Origin: a virus
Lineage: Duplodnaviria > Caudoviricetes
DNA: 64,000 nucleotides
Reading direction: 5' to 3' (one strand)
Virus record (IMG/VR): IMGVR_UViG_3300031867_000010
Location: 1 to 64,000 of that record
The notes under the pieces are model-generated. The model did no database searches. It saw nothing but the letters and a program-made list of their open reading frames with translations, and was not told where the DNA came from. The position numbers were made by a program, and so were the translations under genes. Below, one piece after another: positions 30,489 through 41,742 of the stretch. How positions within the stretch are numbered: position 1 is the first letter of the stretch; each line of letters starts with the position of its first letter.

Positions 30489-30917
30489 TTACCAACCAGT
30501 ACTTCCAAGTCCACCTCTATCATTGTCATCTAGTTCTTCTTTTTCGACAAAGGTTATCTTTGGCTGGTTTTGTATTATTCTAAACTGAGCTATTCTAGCA
30601 CCATATGGAATAAACGTATCTTCAAGTGCTATTGCTCTAAACATCCACTGATCATTCGTACCTGAGTATGAATTATCAATAATTCCAATACTGTTAGCCA
30701 TCATTATTTTAAATTTCTTTGATAAGCTACTTCTTGGAACCAACCAAGCTTCATACCCTTCAGGTAACTTCATACTAAATCCTAAAGGAATATCAGCAAT
30801 TTCTCCTTTATAGATTCGTACATTTTCAGCTGCCATCACATCAATCCAATCACCAAAATCTGTTTGTTTGATTTTAAAATCTGGATCTTTATTTATATAA
30901 TGAATCTTAACTTCCAT
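30489..30917 (-). CDS. dut: Trimeric dUTPase
   Basis: PRSS, GIIDNSYSG, RIAQF, RGGLGSTG. Start coupled to the upstream stop (TAATG). Confidence 0.95.
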   Translation of the reverse strand: MEVKIHYINKDPDFKIKQTDFGDWIDVMAAENVRIYKGEIADIPLGFSMKLPEGYEAWLVPRSSLSKKFKIMMANSIGIIDNSYSGTNDQWMFRAIALEDTFIPYGARIAQFRIIQNQPKITFVEKEELDDNDRGGLGSTGW

Positions 30918-31483
30918 TACAACTTCCTTCTCTCTTGCAACCACTTAGGGCATTTTCCCTTTACAACAAGTTCTTTATGAGACTTCTTCTTTGTTTCATA
31001 ATTACCAAGAATCTCTCCAGTGCCAGGCTTCTTTACTTCACCAGTAGTGATTGTTTCAGGTACGTCTTTAAGAGCAATAGAAGCATTGAAATTATCCTTC
31101 TTCAAAAACTCAAATCTATTTCCCTGTAAGTATTGCCACAGCACTTCTGCAAAGAAAGTGTAAGCCCATTCCATATTAGGAATTGTGAAATCCTTTTCTT
31201 CAACTATGGCTGACTCCTTAGTATCAACTCCAACCTGTTCCACAATCTTCCTAACCCATTTTCTGAAAGCTGTACCTACTGCAATTTCTTCAGTATCTGC
31301 AAGTTCATCACCCTTAATAACTGCAACTTTAGCTACAAAGTCTGGGTCATTAGCTGCTGCTGTCACAAGCTTAATAAAATTAGCCTTATTAAACCTATTG
31401 ATAATCGCTGTGCCGTCCTCGCCATACTTTGGTGCTATTTCTGTTATTACTTCTTCAAATGTCTTCATATACATTTCCTCCAT
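30917..31483 (-). CDS. Putative HU/IHF-like DNA-binding protein
   Basis: C-terminal KKPGTGEI....KKKSHKELVVK resembles the HU beta-ribbon arm. Confidence 0.45.
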   Translation of the reverse strand: MEEMYMKTFEEVITEIAPKYGEDGTAIINRFNKANFIKLVTAAANDPDFVAKVAVIKGDELADTEEIAVGTAFRKWVRKIVEQVGVDTKESAIVEEKDFTIPNMEWAYTFFAEVLWQYLQGNRFEFLKKDNFNASIALKDVPETITTGEVKKPGTGEILGNYETKKKSHKELVVKGKCPKWLQERRKL

Positions 31484-31516
31484 AAAATAAAATATTTATT
31501 TAAAACCTAAAAGGTC

Positions 31517-31666
31517 TTAATCGTTATTACTCCAGATATTTTTTCTAGCTTTTTTATCTTTTCTTTTCTTAAGCAATTTATTCAGTTCTTTTGTGATATC
31601 AAAATCTTCATATTTTATAAATCTCTTATACTGTTTAGATCCGTTATCACTTCTTTCTTTACCCAT
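31517..31666 (-). CDS. Small basic hypothetical protein (49 aa)
   Basis: AGGGGG RBS before MGKERS. Early motif at 31737-31744. Confidence 0.55.
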   Translation of the reverse strand: MGKERSDNGSKQYKRFIKYEDFDITKELNKLLKKRKDKKARKNIWSNND

Positions 31667-31838
31667 ACTGTACCCCCTATTATTTTTTATTAATGTGAAT
31701 GTCAAGCTTTACATAAACTTTAATCTTCACACATGAATAATATATTAGCAAAACAAAAAAAGAAAAACGAACAAAAAAGAAAAACGAGCAGTTTATTAAC
31801 GTCACTTGCTCAGGTGACGGAGTATAACATAGCGTTCC

Positions 31839-32036
31839 TTAGGGAATCGGAAATGCTATGTTATACTCTGGGTCTCCGCAAGCACCACCACATGCGAAGA
31901 AAACTTCATCTGTACTTGGATCTTGGTATTTCTCCATCCAAGCACAGCTGAAGCTTTCAGCTGTGGCACACTTGTCGTTGGACCCAAAAATATAGTAACC
32001 GAGCTCTTTAAGCTCGGCTTTTGATCTTTGGATCAT
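31839..32036 (-). CDS. Small Cys-containing protein (65 aa) within a structured RNA
   Basis: Perfect GAGGAGGTG RBS before MIQRSK. GC-richer than the surroundings. Confidence 0.55.
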   Translation of the reverse strand: MIQRSKAELKELGYYIFGSNDKCATAESFSCAWMEKYQDPSTDEVFFACGGACGDPEYNIAFPIP

Positions 32037-32185
32037 AGACTTCACCTCCTCGACGGCTCTTGATGTTATCTCCACCGACCTGGATTCACCAGGATTTGCA
32101 TAACGTATTAAAGCTTTCCCATACTTTAATACACATAAATAATATATAAATAGAATATCCTAATATTCGGTTATCACTTCATTCC

Positions 32186-32249
32186 ATATACAAAAAAAAA
32201 CAAATCTTTAATATTCAATTATAACTATATATAAGAAAGGATAATTATT
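32186..32249 (+). repeat. Conserved promoter/RBS cassette of the MADFN family (also 35840-35903, 44264-44326, 49034-49096 on minus; 51801-51858 on plus)
   Basis: ATAC-A9-CAAATCTTTAATATT...AAGAAAGGA...ATTATGGCT in five copies, containing AACA-N6-TA. Confidence 0.9.
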
Positions 32250-33232
32250 ATGGCTAATTTTGATGAATTATATAATCTTATAGACACATATAAGGAATCA
32301 TATGGGGGGGGGTATATGATTACTCCTTAGATTATTATACAGAAGCACAATATAGCAATGCTAAATCTATAATACAACCATTTAAGACAGAGATTAAAGA
32401 AATTAATAAAAATTTTAATATAGCTAAATCTAATAAAAATAAAATACTAGGTATGAAGTGTATAAAAGAAATGCAAAATTTGATATCAAGATTACAACAT
32501 ACTACAAATTCATTAACACCAGAAGATATTAAGAAATTTGGAATAGGATTGATTGCAAGCTTTGGAACATTAAGTGCAGGAATATTTGCATTTATATCTC
32601 GTAATACAGTAAATAAATATATTGCAAACCTGGATAATGACTTAAAAAAAATTGATGATAGTATTTTACAACTAGAAAACGAGCATCGTAAAGCAGCTTC
32701 AGATGCTGTTAATGCTAATATATATACTAACAAATTAAAGACCGATTGTTATAATAGAATAAGTAATCTCACAGACGTAATATTTGACGTCAACCTTAGT
32801 GAAAATGAAAAAAATAAATATTCCGATGAACTTCAGTCTATTGCTGAGAAACTTGATAAGGCATGTGGTGATCAAAAAAAGGCAGATAAAGAAGCTTTAC
32901 TAAAAAAAAGTAAGTGGGAAAAATCTAAGAAAGATCGAGAAGCTTTCGTGACAACCAGAGATAAGCTTAAAGCAGCCAATCGTATAGGATATGATAAAAA
33001 TGGGAAATTTAGTAAAGAAGAATTAGCACACTATAAAAAAGGAATTCGCAAAACACATGGCATAATTACTGGTATAGGTGCTGGTATAGGATCTACCGTA
33101 GGTGGTCTTACAGCATTGACTTTGAATAAACTTAATGTAAAATATAAACTATGTATAAAAAAGATGAATAAATTCTTACAAGAATGTAATACAGCTTTAC
33201 AATCAATGAAACAAGAAGTAGCTAGTTGGTAA
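32250..33232 (+). pseudogene. MADFN-family paralogue 1, out of frame at the G9 tract (32304-32312)
   Basis: As written it reads MANFDELYNLIDTYKESYGGGYMITP*. One extra G gives YGGGVYDYSLDYYTEA..., joining ORF 32453-33232 (ends QEVASW). Confidence 0.85.
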
Positions 33233-33246
33233 TGTATAGTAATTAA

Positions 33247-33285
33247 TAGAGAATATGCTAGTATATCATACTAGCATATTCTCTA
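33247..33285. terminator. Bidirectional terminator
   Basis: 18-bp inverted repeat between convergent paralogues. Confidence 0.75.
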
Positions 33286-33304
33286 ACTAATGTATCTAAT
33301 TTTT

Positions 33305-34920
33305 TTACCAGCTAGCTACTTCTCTTTGCATTATACTTAATCTCTTTTTAGCATTCTTTATAGCATTCTTTACTCTAGCAAAAGCTATCTTACCATTTAC
33401 ATTAGCTTTACTTAATCCATATCCTATACCAGCACCTATACCAGCACCTACAGTACCTCCAATAGCAGTACCTTTAAGATTAATCTTACCTTTAAGATCT
33501 TTACCATTAAACTTCTTTTTACTATTAGTATTTTTATTATTATTAGCATTATTAGCATTATTATTAGTAACATTACCAATAGGTTCTTGCTCTTCATTAT
33601 TAGTAGTATTATTAGTAACATTACCTATTGGTTCTTGTTCACTTGGTTTCTGTATATTAACATCACGATATACTTTACTACCTACTTTTGTATAGTCATT
33701 AGAACCACCCCTTTTAAGATATATTTATTAGAACCGGAACCCCTTTTTAAGATATATTTACGTCTAGGTTCACTAGGTATATTTTGTTCTTCATTATTAT
33801 TAGTAACATTGCCTATTGGTTCTTGATTAGTTGAATCTTGATTAGGATTTAGGCTATTTAGTAATTTCTTTTCTAGTTCTTGCCCTTTTTCAGCTTGTTG
33901 TGCTTTAGCTTTAGCTTTAGCTTCCTCATTAAGTCTTTCATTTTCCTCTTTAGTAATATACTTACCATCTCTAATAGTTCCTTTTACTTGTGCTGTTAAA
34001 TCATTTATTCCTTTATAAAAATTAAAATTAAAACCATTGAATCTTTTATCACAAGTATCTATAAAATTCAACAGAATTTTTTTATCACTATCAGATATTC
34101 CTGGATGACTCTTTATTACCTTTTTTGAAGGAAGCCATGAAATAATCTTATCAATACTACTAATATTTTTTTGAAGTCTGTTGGATATCATGACTTTATC
34201 TTCATCACTCACATTTTGATCTTTTAATGCATTAATATCGCGTAATACTTGGTAAACTTTCTTATTGGCATCACCTATCATACGTACATGTCGCGAAGCA
34301 CTTTTAGGAGAATACTCTTCTATTTCTTGTTTTTCTTCACCTGATAATGAATTTCGTTGCAATCTCTGACGCATATTTTGCGTATTTCGTTTTTCATGTC
34401 TTTCGTCCAAACTATTATAAAATCCACTTCTACCTGCTTCAATATCTTTTTTAGGTTTATTATGAGTGTCTCGATTAGTCTTTTTACTTGTTTCCATATT
34501 ACGTGCTTCCATATAATAATCATACCAATAATCATCATATGCACTTTCTTTTACTTCTTTACTCTTTTTATTACCTATTATATTACCTATTATACTTCCA
34601 CCTATACCACCAAGTACTGTAGTAATAGATGTTAATAATGCAGAACCATTACCAGAGAAATCATCTGCTGTCATAGAATTAACCATATTATCTAATTTAT
34701 TAATAGTATTAGACATAAGTGAAATACACTTATTGCCTAATGATTTATTCTTATGACGTCTAGCATTAGAATACTCACTATTTATTTGCTTTATTTGTAT
34801 TAATAAAGGTTTAATATCATTAGGAGTATATTGAGATTCTATATAATAATCATTATAATCATATTTATATGATTCTTTATATGTATCTATAAGATTATAT
34901 AATTCATTAAAATCAGCCAT
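33305..34920 (-). pseudogene. MADFN-family paralogue 2, frameshift near 33708-33715
   Basis: ORF 33682-34920 plus a downstream frame encoding KVGSKVYRD...QEPIGN...GTAIGG...QREVASW. One extra base at A4G4 joins them. Confidence 0.85.
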
Positions 34921-34954
34921 AATAATTATCCTTTCTTATAAAATTTATTTTATC

Positions 34955-35839
34955 TTATTTTTTTATCTTATTTAATGCAACTTTAAGTTTGTTTATTTGT
35001 TTTCTTAATCTAGCTATAAGAGTATGAACATTTCTTCTTTTCTTAAGAATTAATGCTGGTATAGTCCCACCAATAGTAGCTCCTGCACCTATATGTGCTG
35101 CTGTACCAAGACTTTGAGATTTTTGAAACTGTTTTAAAGACTTACCTTGTTTTAATGCTTTAACATAAGGATTATTTGGATTCTCTTTACTTAAATATTT
35201 TATATAGTCATCTTTTGAAACTCTATTATTCGCATTATAAAACAAATTTGCTAATGAGTCTTGTTCATACATCAATTTAGCCTCGTCTTTAACATATTTT
35301 TTATAGTGCCTATTATTAAATCCCCAGTTGTCTCCACTATATTTGGTGTCAAGTTTATCATATCTATCAGCTAACTTATCAATCTCACTATCAATCCTTT
35401 TCTTATCTTTAATATCACGATATTCAACATCATCAAATGCAAAATGTTCTGATGCACGGACATCTGTATTTCCAAAATCGTCAGCATCCTTATAATCAAG
35501 GTGCGTTTTCAGCAGAAATGTGAACATTCCACCCAATAATGCACTTACACCTATTATTACTTTACCACAAGTATCTAATGCATTAGGGTTCTTAATCTTA
35601 TCTACTAATCCATCTAATGTATTACAGTCTTTCTCCATAGTAGTAATTAATTTAGAAGCATTCCTAGTATCTCTATTCTTAATAAGATTCTTGCATACTT
35701 TAATATTATTCTTAATAGATTTAACTATAGATTTAAACTCCTCTGCCGCTGGATCAGAAGCTTCTGTATAATAATCATTATATGAATATGATTCTTTATA
35801 TGTATCTATAAGATTATATAATTCATTAAAATCAGCCAT
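34955..35839 (-). CDS. MADFN-family paralogue 3 (divergent body)
   Basis: MADFNELYNLIDTYKESYSYNDYYTEA leader and two hydrophobic Gly-rich helices. Confidence 0.85.
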   Translation of the reverse strand: MADFNELYNLIDTYKESYSYNDYYTEASDPAAEEFKSIVKSIKNNIKVCKNLIKNRDTRNASKLITTMEKDCNTLDGLVDKIKNPNALDTCGKVIIGVSALLGGMFTFLLKTHLDYKDADDFGNTDVRASEHFAFDDVEYRDIKDKKRIDSEIDKLADRYDKLDTKYSGDNWGFNNRHYKKYVKDEAKLMYEQDSLANLFYNANNRVSKDDYIKYLSKENPNNPYVKALKQGKSLKQFQKSQSLGTAAHIGAGATIGGTIPALILKKRRNVHTLIARLRKQINKLKVALNKIKK

Positions 35840-35909
35840 AATAATTATCCTTTCTTATATATAGTTATAATTGAATATTAAAGATTTGTTTTTTTTTGTA
35901 TATAAAAGG

Positions 35910-35949
35910 GGTAAAAATGGTTTAGGGAACTCCCTAAACCATTTTTACC
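35910..35949 (-). terminator. Terminator
   Basis: 19-bp inverted repeat after the 35970 gene. Confidence 0.7.
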
Positions 35950-35969
35950 ACGTTATATCTTTAAACTAT

Positions 35970-37037
35970 TTATTTCTCGTCATTACTATCTTCAGAATTA
36001 CTAACTAATTCTTTCTTCTCTTTTATAAGATTTTCGGCTTTAATTCTATCTGGGTGTAATTTATATGCAGAATTATTTTTCTTAAATCTTTCTATATTTT
36101 CTTCAGTATCAAAATAAGTATAAAATTCATTAATTACACCAACTAATGTGAACTTTTCTTCTTTGGTTGCTTTATCAGTCAATACATCTCTTAAAGCGGC
36201 AAGCAATGATGTTACTAAAATTTTAGATTCTTTTAATGATGTATCACAATATGACACATATCTGATTATAGCATAAATGAAAAAATTATTAAACGGTGCA
36301 TATCTTTCTGGAAGCAATTTCTCTTCTATATTCATAAAAAGATTATGGATATTAACAGGTATTTCAAGTTTCTCAAGTTTCATAAAATATTTCTTAAGAA
36401 TATAATCACCACGTTGTTTATCAAAAAACGTTTCAATCATATTACTTGCTTCTTTATCACCAAATTGTCTCAATCTATCAAGTATACAAGTAAAATTCTG
36501 TGATTTTTCTATTGTATCCAGATCTCTACTCATTTCTTTCTTTTTAATATCATCAGTTTCATTTTCAAGTTGTTTGCGAAGAGTTTTTATTCTTTCAAGT
36601 CTAGCCTCTCTATATTCTGGAGATCTTAATTTATCAATGTAGTTATTTGTTATATTAAGAATATCTTCTTTGGATGATCTTAAAGTTTCCCTATTTTCAG
36701 TAATAAGTTTTATATCATCTCTTAGCTCTTTTAAAAACTCTTTACACCACTCAATAAAACTTCTAGTATCAGATGGATCATTATGCAACTTATAAGATGT
36801 GAGACCATCTTTAACAGAGCCACTTTCTTCTAGCATAACTTGTAAATCCAATAGGGTAAAATTGTCAATTTCTTCATCACTCAATTTAGATACTTTTAAT
36901 GCAAATTCCCATGTGATATTCTCGTTAGCTAAATTTTCCTCAATATCGTTTTGCTTATCATTTATTATAGACTCGTATAATTTAATAAGCTCTTCAAATA
37001 GTTGAGTGTATTCACTTACTGTAGAACTACGACTCAT
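35970..37037 (-). CDS. Hypothetical helical protein
   Basis: AGGAGG RBS before MSRSST. Confidence 0.8.
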   Translation of the reverse strand: MSRSSTVSEYTQLFEELIKLYESIINDKQNDIEENLANENITWEFALKVSKLSDEEIDNFTLLDLQVMLEESGSVKDGLTSYKLHNDPSDTRSFIEWCKEFLKELRDDIKLITENRETLRSSKEDILNITNNYIDKLRSPEYREARLERIKTLRKQLENETDDIKKKEMSRDLDTIEKSQNFTCILDRLRQFGDKEASNMIETFFDKQRGDYILKKYFMKLEKLEIPVNIHNLFMNIEEKLLPERYAPFNNFFIYAIIRYVSYCDTSLKESKILVTSLLAALRDVLTDKATKEEKFTLVGVINEFYTYFDTEENIERFKKNNSAYKLHPDRIKAENLIKEKKELVSNSEDSNDEK

Positions 37038-37314
37038 ATTTAATCCTCCTTTAATCTTATTAAAAATAATGTAGCGTGATATATAATTAATTAAAGTGAT
37101 TAACATTTAAGTAATGATATGTGAATAGCAATTTTTGTCATTTAGTGCGTAGATTAATCAATTTTCCTCCTAAAAAATTTTATAATAATTTTTTTATTAG
37201 TCCTCAGATTTTGAACGAATTTGATAAGTTACTACAGAGTTGCTTGCTATTTATTTCATATCACAAAGATACTCATAGAAAAGTCTATGAGTATCTTTTT
37301 TTTTAACTTAAATA

Positions 37315-39474
37315 TTAAAAGAATAATCCACCATTATTTCCGTCATCCATTCCAAGATGATTTATTTCATCAAAAAATGATAAATCATAATCATTAGATT
37401 CATCATCAAATGTCACTATTTCTTCTTTAGATAAATTTCCAGAGCTTACATTTAATGATGAATTCATTAACTTATAAGTATCTTTTTGGGATTCCAGTAT
37501 AGCATTTCTTAAAATATTCTCATAATTTAATTGTGCTGAAATTTTTCTATCTTCTATTATAGAGTCTGCAACATCAGAAGGAAGTAATTCCTGTAATTGC
37601 TCTCTTGAATACTCTTTGAATAATCCTTTATTTTTCTCTTCAGGTTCTTTTTCTCCAGGAATATATCCAAACATTGGAAGGTTATCACCATGAATAAGGA
37701 CATACATGCCTATAAGATAAGACATGATTGAGTCATCATGGAAACCATCCCCAGCAACAATTTTTCCACTTGTTGATCTAACAAGTCTTGATATATCTCT
37801 AATTATATTTCTAGTAACAAAATCTTCTTTATGGTCTTTAATTCTATCTGCTAATATTGCAAACATTCTTTCTCTTGATTTTCCTTCAGTATACACACCA
37901 GTAAATGATTTTCTAGTAGCATGCTTAGTAAGCATAGAAGTTTGGGTATCGTATTCTTTAAATTTTTCTCCAAGCAAATCCCCAGATTTATCATAATAAA
38001 GTCTTGGTGCTATTCTTGAATTCATAAGATGATCTATAATACCATCACCTATTGAGTTTCTTTCGATGCATACAATAGCTCTAGGAATATAATTTAATAC
38101 AAGTTCGATTATAATTTGTTCATATAAAGTTTCCCCAACGAAATTACATTCAAACTCCATCACAGGTCTTAACGTATATGGATTTATTGCAGTAATTGCA
38201 TTAAAGTCTTTATTAGTACCAGTAGAACAGTCAACTCCAACTACATAAGGAATATTTGCATCTATTTCTTCATATACATCAAATCTAAAATAATCTTTTA
38301 TAAATATTTCCTTTATTGGAAGTTTCATTCTTTCGTTAATATATTCGATGTCTTCTTGATCATAAGGTGATAATGATGAACCATGTATTCTTTGAAGAAG
38401 AATTTCTCTACGGAATGTAAGTTTATCCGTAGTCATATTGTAGACATTTTCAAGCCAAGCGTTATCAAGACCAATTTGATAATATTGAAACTCTATATAC
38501 ACAATATGATTTGAATTACTTGCTGTTGCATAATTTTCCATTTCTTCATCACTCATATCATACATTTTTTCAGTCCATCTAACGCAATTATCTATTAACT
38601 TTTGTGCTGATATACCAGCTTTGGTATCGAGATCTCCTGGAGTCGATGTAAACATTCTTCCAGCAACTCCACCATTTTCTTTAGATAATCTTGCCGCAGT
38701 CTCATATGTAGATATTGAGTTATCTACAATAATATCTATATTCTCAGTAAACTCAGGCTCGTCATAATGTATTGCTGGAGACGTGAGACCTCTTGCAGTC
38801 GACATCGCTTTTGCTGGAGTAGCAGATCCAGCTTTTATAGTTACTTTATTCTTTGTTACTGGATGCTTTATACCAGTAGCATTATCCATAGCTTTCACCA
38901 TTTTTCCAGTATCATCATCTAAAATATATTCAAATCTTAAATATTCTGGAAGTAAGGATAGTTGATCTTTCATTCTTGCAAGGTTTTCTTTTGCATCTGG
39001 TACTTGCTTATTTACAGAAATAAATGTTGAGTTTGTTGTACCAAATGAATATGCCCAGCACCAGTTTGCTATAGCAGATTGGGTTTTTCCTTGCTGACGC
39101 GGAAGACAAAGCCAAGAATCAATATGATGAAAAAATAACCATGCTTGTGCTATATTTCCTCTGTTAGCTTTATACATAGATCCTTCTGGTCTACCAGGTG
39201 CTGGTATTCTTGAAACTTCCCTCAAATAATACCAAGGGTTTCTTCTACACTCTGTTACTACTCTTGATATTTCTTCCTTAGTTAAAGCACAATTACCGTC
39301 TTTATCTACTTTATACGGGTTTATTCCTACTACGGAAGGATCTTTAACTTCAAGCAAAAAATACCAATTCTTTACACCTAAAGTTTTTAAATCATTTGCT
39401 AATTGTAAAAAAGATGTATTTGATGTACCAATATCAAATATTCTATTTTTTATTCTTTTAAGTCTAGTTCCCAT
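37315..39474 (-). CDS. terL: Terminase large subunit
   Basis: NPWYY, Walker A PRQQGKT, Walker B IHYDE, coupling TSTP, nuclease VGVDCSTG..DF and HDDSIM. Confidence 0.92.
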   Translation of the reverse strand: MGTRLKRIKNRIFDIGTSNTSFLQLANDLKTLGVKNWYFLLEVKDPSVVGINPYKVDKDGNCALTKEEISRVVTECRRNPWYYLREVSRIPAPGRPEGSMYKANRGNIAQAWLFFHHIDSWLCLPRQQGKTQSAIANWCWAYSFGTTNSTFISVNKQVPDAKENLARMKDQLSLLPEYLRFEYILDDDTGKMVKAMDNATGIKHPVTKNKVTIKAGSATPAKAMSTARGLTSPAIHYDEPEFTENIDIIVDNSISTYETAARLSKENGGVAGRMFTSTPGDLDTKAGISAQKLIDNCVRWTEKMYDMSDEEMENYATASNSNHIVYIEFQYYQIGLDNAWLENVYNMTTDKLTFRREILLQRIHGSSLSPYDQEDIEYINERMKLPIKEIFIKDYFRFDVYEEIDANIPYVVGVDCSTGTNKDFNAITAINPYTLRPVMEFECNFVGETLYEQIIIELVLNYIPRAIVCIERNSIGDGIIDHLMNSRIAPRLYYDKSGDLLGEKFKEYDTQTSMLTKHATRKSFTGVYTEGKSRERMFAILADRIKDHKEDFVTRNIIRDISRLVRSTSGKIVAGDGFHDDSIMSYLIGMYVLIHGDNLPMFGYIPGEKEPEEKNKGLFKEYSREQLQELLPSDVADSIIEDRKISAQLNYENILRNAILESQKDTYKLMNSSLNVSSGNLSKEEIVTFDDESNDYDLSFFDEINHLGMDDGNNGGLFF

Positions 39475-39560
39475 TATTTTACCTCCTTAAATAAACGTAT
39501 CTGATGTTCGAAATTACATTTATATAATTTAATAAATATTTTTAAAAAGGAGGAATTGGT

Positions 39561-40259
39561 GTGAAAGGTGAGATCACATATGATGATGAAAATTTAAGAG
39601 TATATGAGATTATAACAAACGATGATGTTTTTAAAGAGAATTATAACAAGATCACTATTAAGTATAATGAAAATGATTTAATACCTATTTATATAGTAAA
39701 TAGTTATACCTATACATTTTTTGGAAAAGGTGTAAGAAAATTTACTCATGATGCATACACACATAGTGCAATTTCGTTAGACTCTTCATTAAACACATTA
39801 TATTCTTTTAATGGTGCCAATGATAAAGGTTACAGGGGATTTTCCATAGAATCCTTAAAAGGATATATACAAGTATCTCCTTTAGCAGAAATATATGTTG
39901 GTACACTTATTCTTACAAATAACGAATATAATATAATTAAAGATCACTTAAATAGACTACTAGAAAATGCTGATAAGACATCATATGCTTTTTCCAACAT
40001 TTTCAATATAGTAATTAACAGACAATCAAAAGAAAATGAATTTAGAATGGTATGTTCACAATTTGTAAATTCATTACTAAAATTTATAAATGTTGATGCT
40101 AGTAATAAAGCTTCATCTTTAACAAGACCAGAGGATTTACGTTATTCTTTAAATAAAAGAATATTTAAAGTATTTGAAGGATACGCAACTGATTACGATT
40201 ATAGACAAACTAATAGATTTGTCGATAAACTTAAATTAATGATGAGAGGTAAGAGGTAA
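39561..40259 (+). CDS. Permuted papain-like (NlpC/P60, YiiX/YebB-type) hydrolase
   Basis: YTHSAI (His) precedes Y...MVCSQFV (Cys). GTG start after AGGAGG. Confidence 0.7.
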   Translation: MKGEITYDDENLRVYEIITNDDVFKENYNKITIKYNENDLIPIYIVNSYTYTFFGKGVRKFTHDAYTHSAISLDSSLNTLYSFNGANDKGYRGFSIESLKGYIQVSPLAEIYVGTLILTNNEYNIIKDHLNRLLENADKTSYAFSNIFNIVINRQSKENEFRMVCSQFVNSLLKFINVDASNKASSLTRPEDLRYSLNKRIFKVFEGYATDYDYRQTNRFVDKLKLMMRGKR

Positions 40260-40262
40260 ACC

Positions 40263-41696
40263 ATGAATGATTTTTTCACAGAAGCATATTATGGAAAAAC
40301 ATCTACGATAAAAGAAATAGAAAAAGTTATTGGTGCATTAACTGAACTTTCAAAAAAAGATCCACTTGCAGATTATACTAATCACCCACTTAATAAAAAA
40401 CTTGAATCGTTATTCGTAAAGCAATTTGGATTTCACAAGATTGATATTGTGTGGAAAAGGTCATCTGAAAGTGGTCCTATTATTTGTACATGGGTATCAT
40501 TAGATACTGCATTAAAAGGAAAAAGTATGTATGCATTGGATACAACTGGGTATTACGATAAAAGTCATACACATGATGTATACATGATGTTATCATCAAC
40601 ATTTGCAGGTCATTATAATGTAAGTGCTGAAGAATACACAGCAGTTATATTACATGAAATCGGTCATAACTTTAGTACTGGTTTTTATAATAGAATTAAT
40701 TATTTAACATCGGTACTAAATATTGTTATGAGACCAGTATTTGGAACGAACGCTGAGGGAGAAACAGTTCAAACAGGAAATACTATTGATGTTTCACAAA
40801 CTCTAAAATTTACAGCTTTAAATGTTCTTACTACAACAAAACTTGGAAAAGGATTTTTTGCGTTATGTAATAGAATATATGATAAACTTTTAGATCAAGT
40901 TCCAGTATTAAAAGAAATTGCAAGCGTGATCACCAAAGTTGCAAATAAAGTAAATGTTGTGTGGACAAGACTTAATTTTATTAATATTTCATTGAAGCTT
41001 CCCATGGTAATTTTAATGTCACCACTAACACATTTACAACAAGTAGTATCAAGAAAAGAAGAAGCATTTGCGGATTCGTTTGCAACGGCGTATGGATATG
41101 GCGTTCCACTAAATACAGCACTTGTGAAGTTATCACGAGCTGGATATGATAAAACTGTATCTTTATTTAATTATGATAAATCTGGATTTGCAAAAATAAT
41201 CACAGATATAATGATGGCAGAACTTACTATGTTTGATGTATTTGCTTCAGGTGGTGCATCACATGGTAGTACTGGAACAAGAATTGCGACAGCAATAGAA
41301 TTAATAAATAGAGAAATTGATAATGAGCAACTTCCAACAAGTGTTAAAAAAGATTTAAAATTGCAATTAGGATCTCTTGAAAAAGTTTATAATGGATATG
41401 TTACTGCTGAATATAATGGAGATCATTTAAAAATAACAGCATTTGTTAGAAAAACTATTGAAACAGTGTTTGGAAGAAGAACAGATGTTATTGCAAAACT
41501 TTTCCCTGATTTTTATGCAGGGTATACTGAAATTTCTTACAAAGATAGAAAGCCTTTATTTAGAAAAGAATCCGTAGAAACATTTGAAGAATCTGAATTA
41601 TTTAGTTATCTTGATTATATGGTAAAAGAAGCTTACGATAATAAAATGATAGATGATTATGACATGAGTGTTCTTATGGAAATTGCCAATAACTAA
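40263..41696 (+). CDS. Zincin-like metallopeptidase (probable virion protein)
   Basis: AVILHEIGH, EEAFADSFA..YG and a downstream His (SHG...RI). Confidence 0.7.
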   Translation: MNDFFTEAYYGKTSTIKEIEKVIGALTELSKKDPLADYTNHPLNKKLESLFVKQFGFHKIDIVWKRSSESGPIICTWVSLDTALKGKSMYALDTTGYYDKSHTHDVYMMLSSTFAGHYNVSAEEYTAVILHEIGHNFSTGFYNRINYLTSVLNIVMRPVFGTNAEGETVQTGNTIDVSQTLKFTALNVLTTTKLGKGFFALCNRIYDKLLDQVPVLKEIASVITKVANKVNVVWTRLNFINISLKLPMVILMSPLTHLQQVVSRKEEAFADSFATAYGYGVPLNTALVKLSRAGYDKTVSLFNYDKSGFAKIITDIMMAELTMFDVFASGGASHGSTGTRIATAIELINREIDNEQLPTSVKKDLKLQLGSLEKVYNGYVTAEYNGDHLKITAFVRKTIETVFGRRTDVIAKLFPDFYAGYTEISYKDRKPLFRKESVETFEESELFSYLDYMVKEAYDNKMIDDYDMSVLMEIANN

Positions 41697-41698
41697 AA

Positions 41699-41742
41699 AT
41701 ATATAGATATGATGATTTGGTTACCATCATATCTATATATTT
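41699..41742. terminator. Bidirectional terminator
   Basis: ATATATAGATATGATG/CATCATATCTATATAT inverted repeat. Confidence 0.7.
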
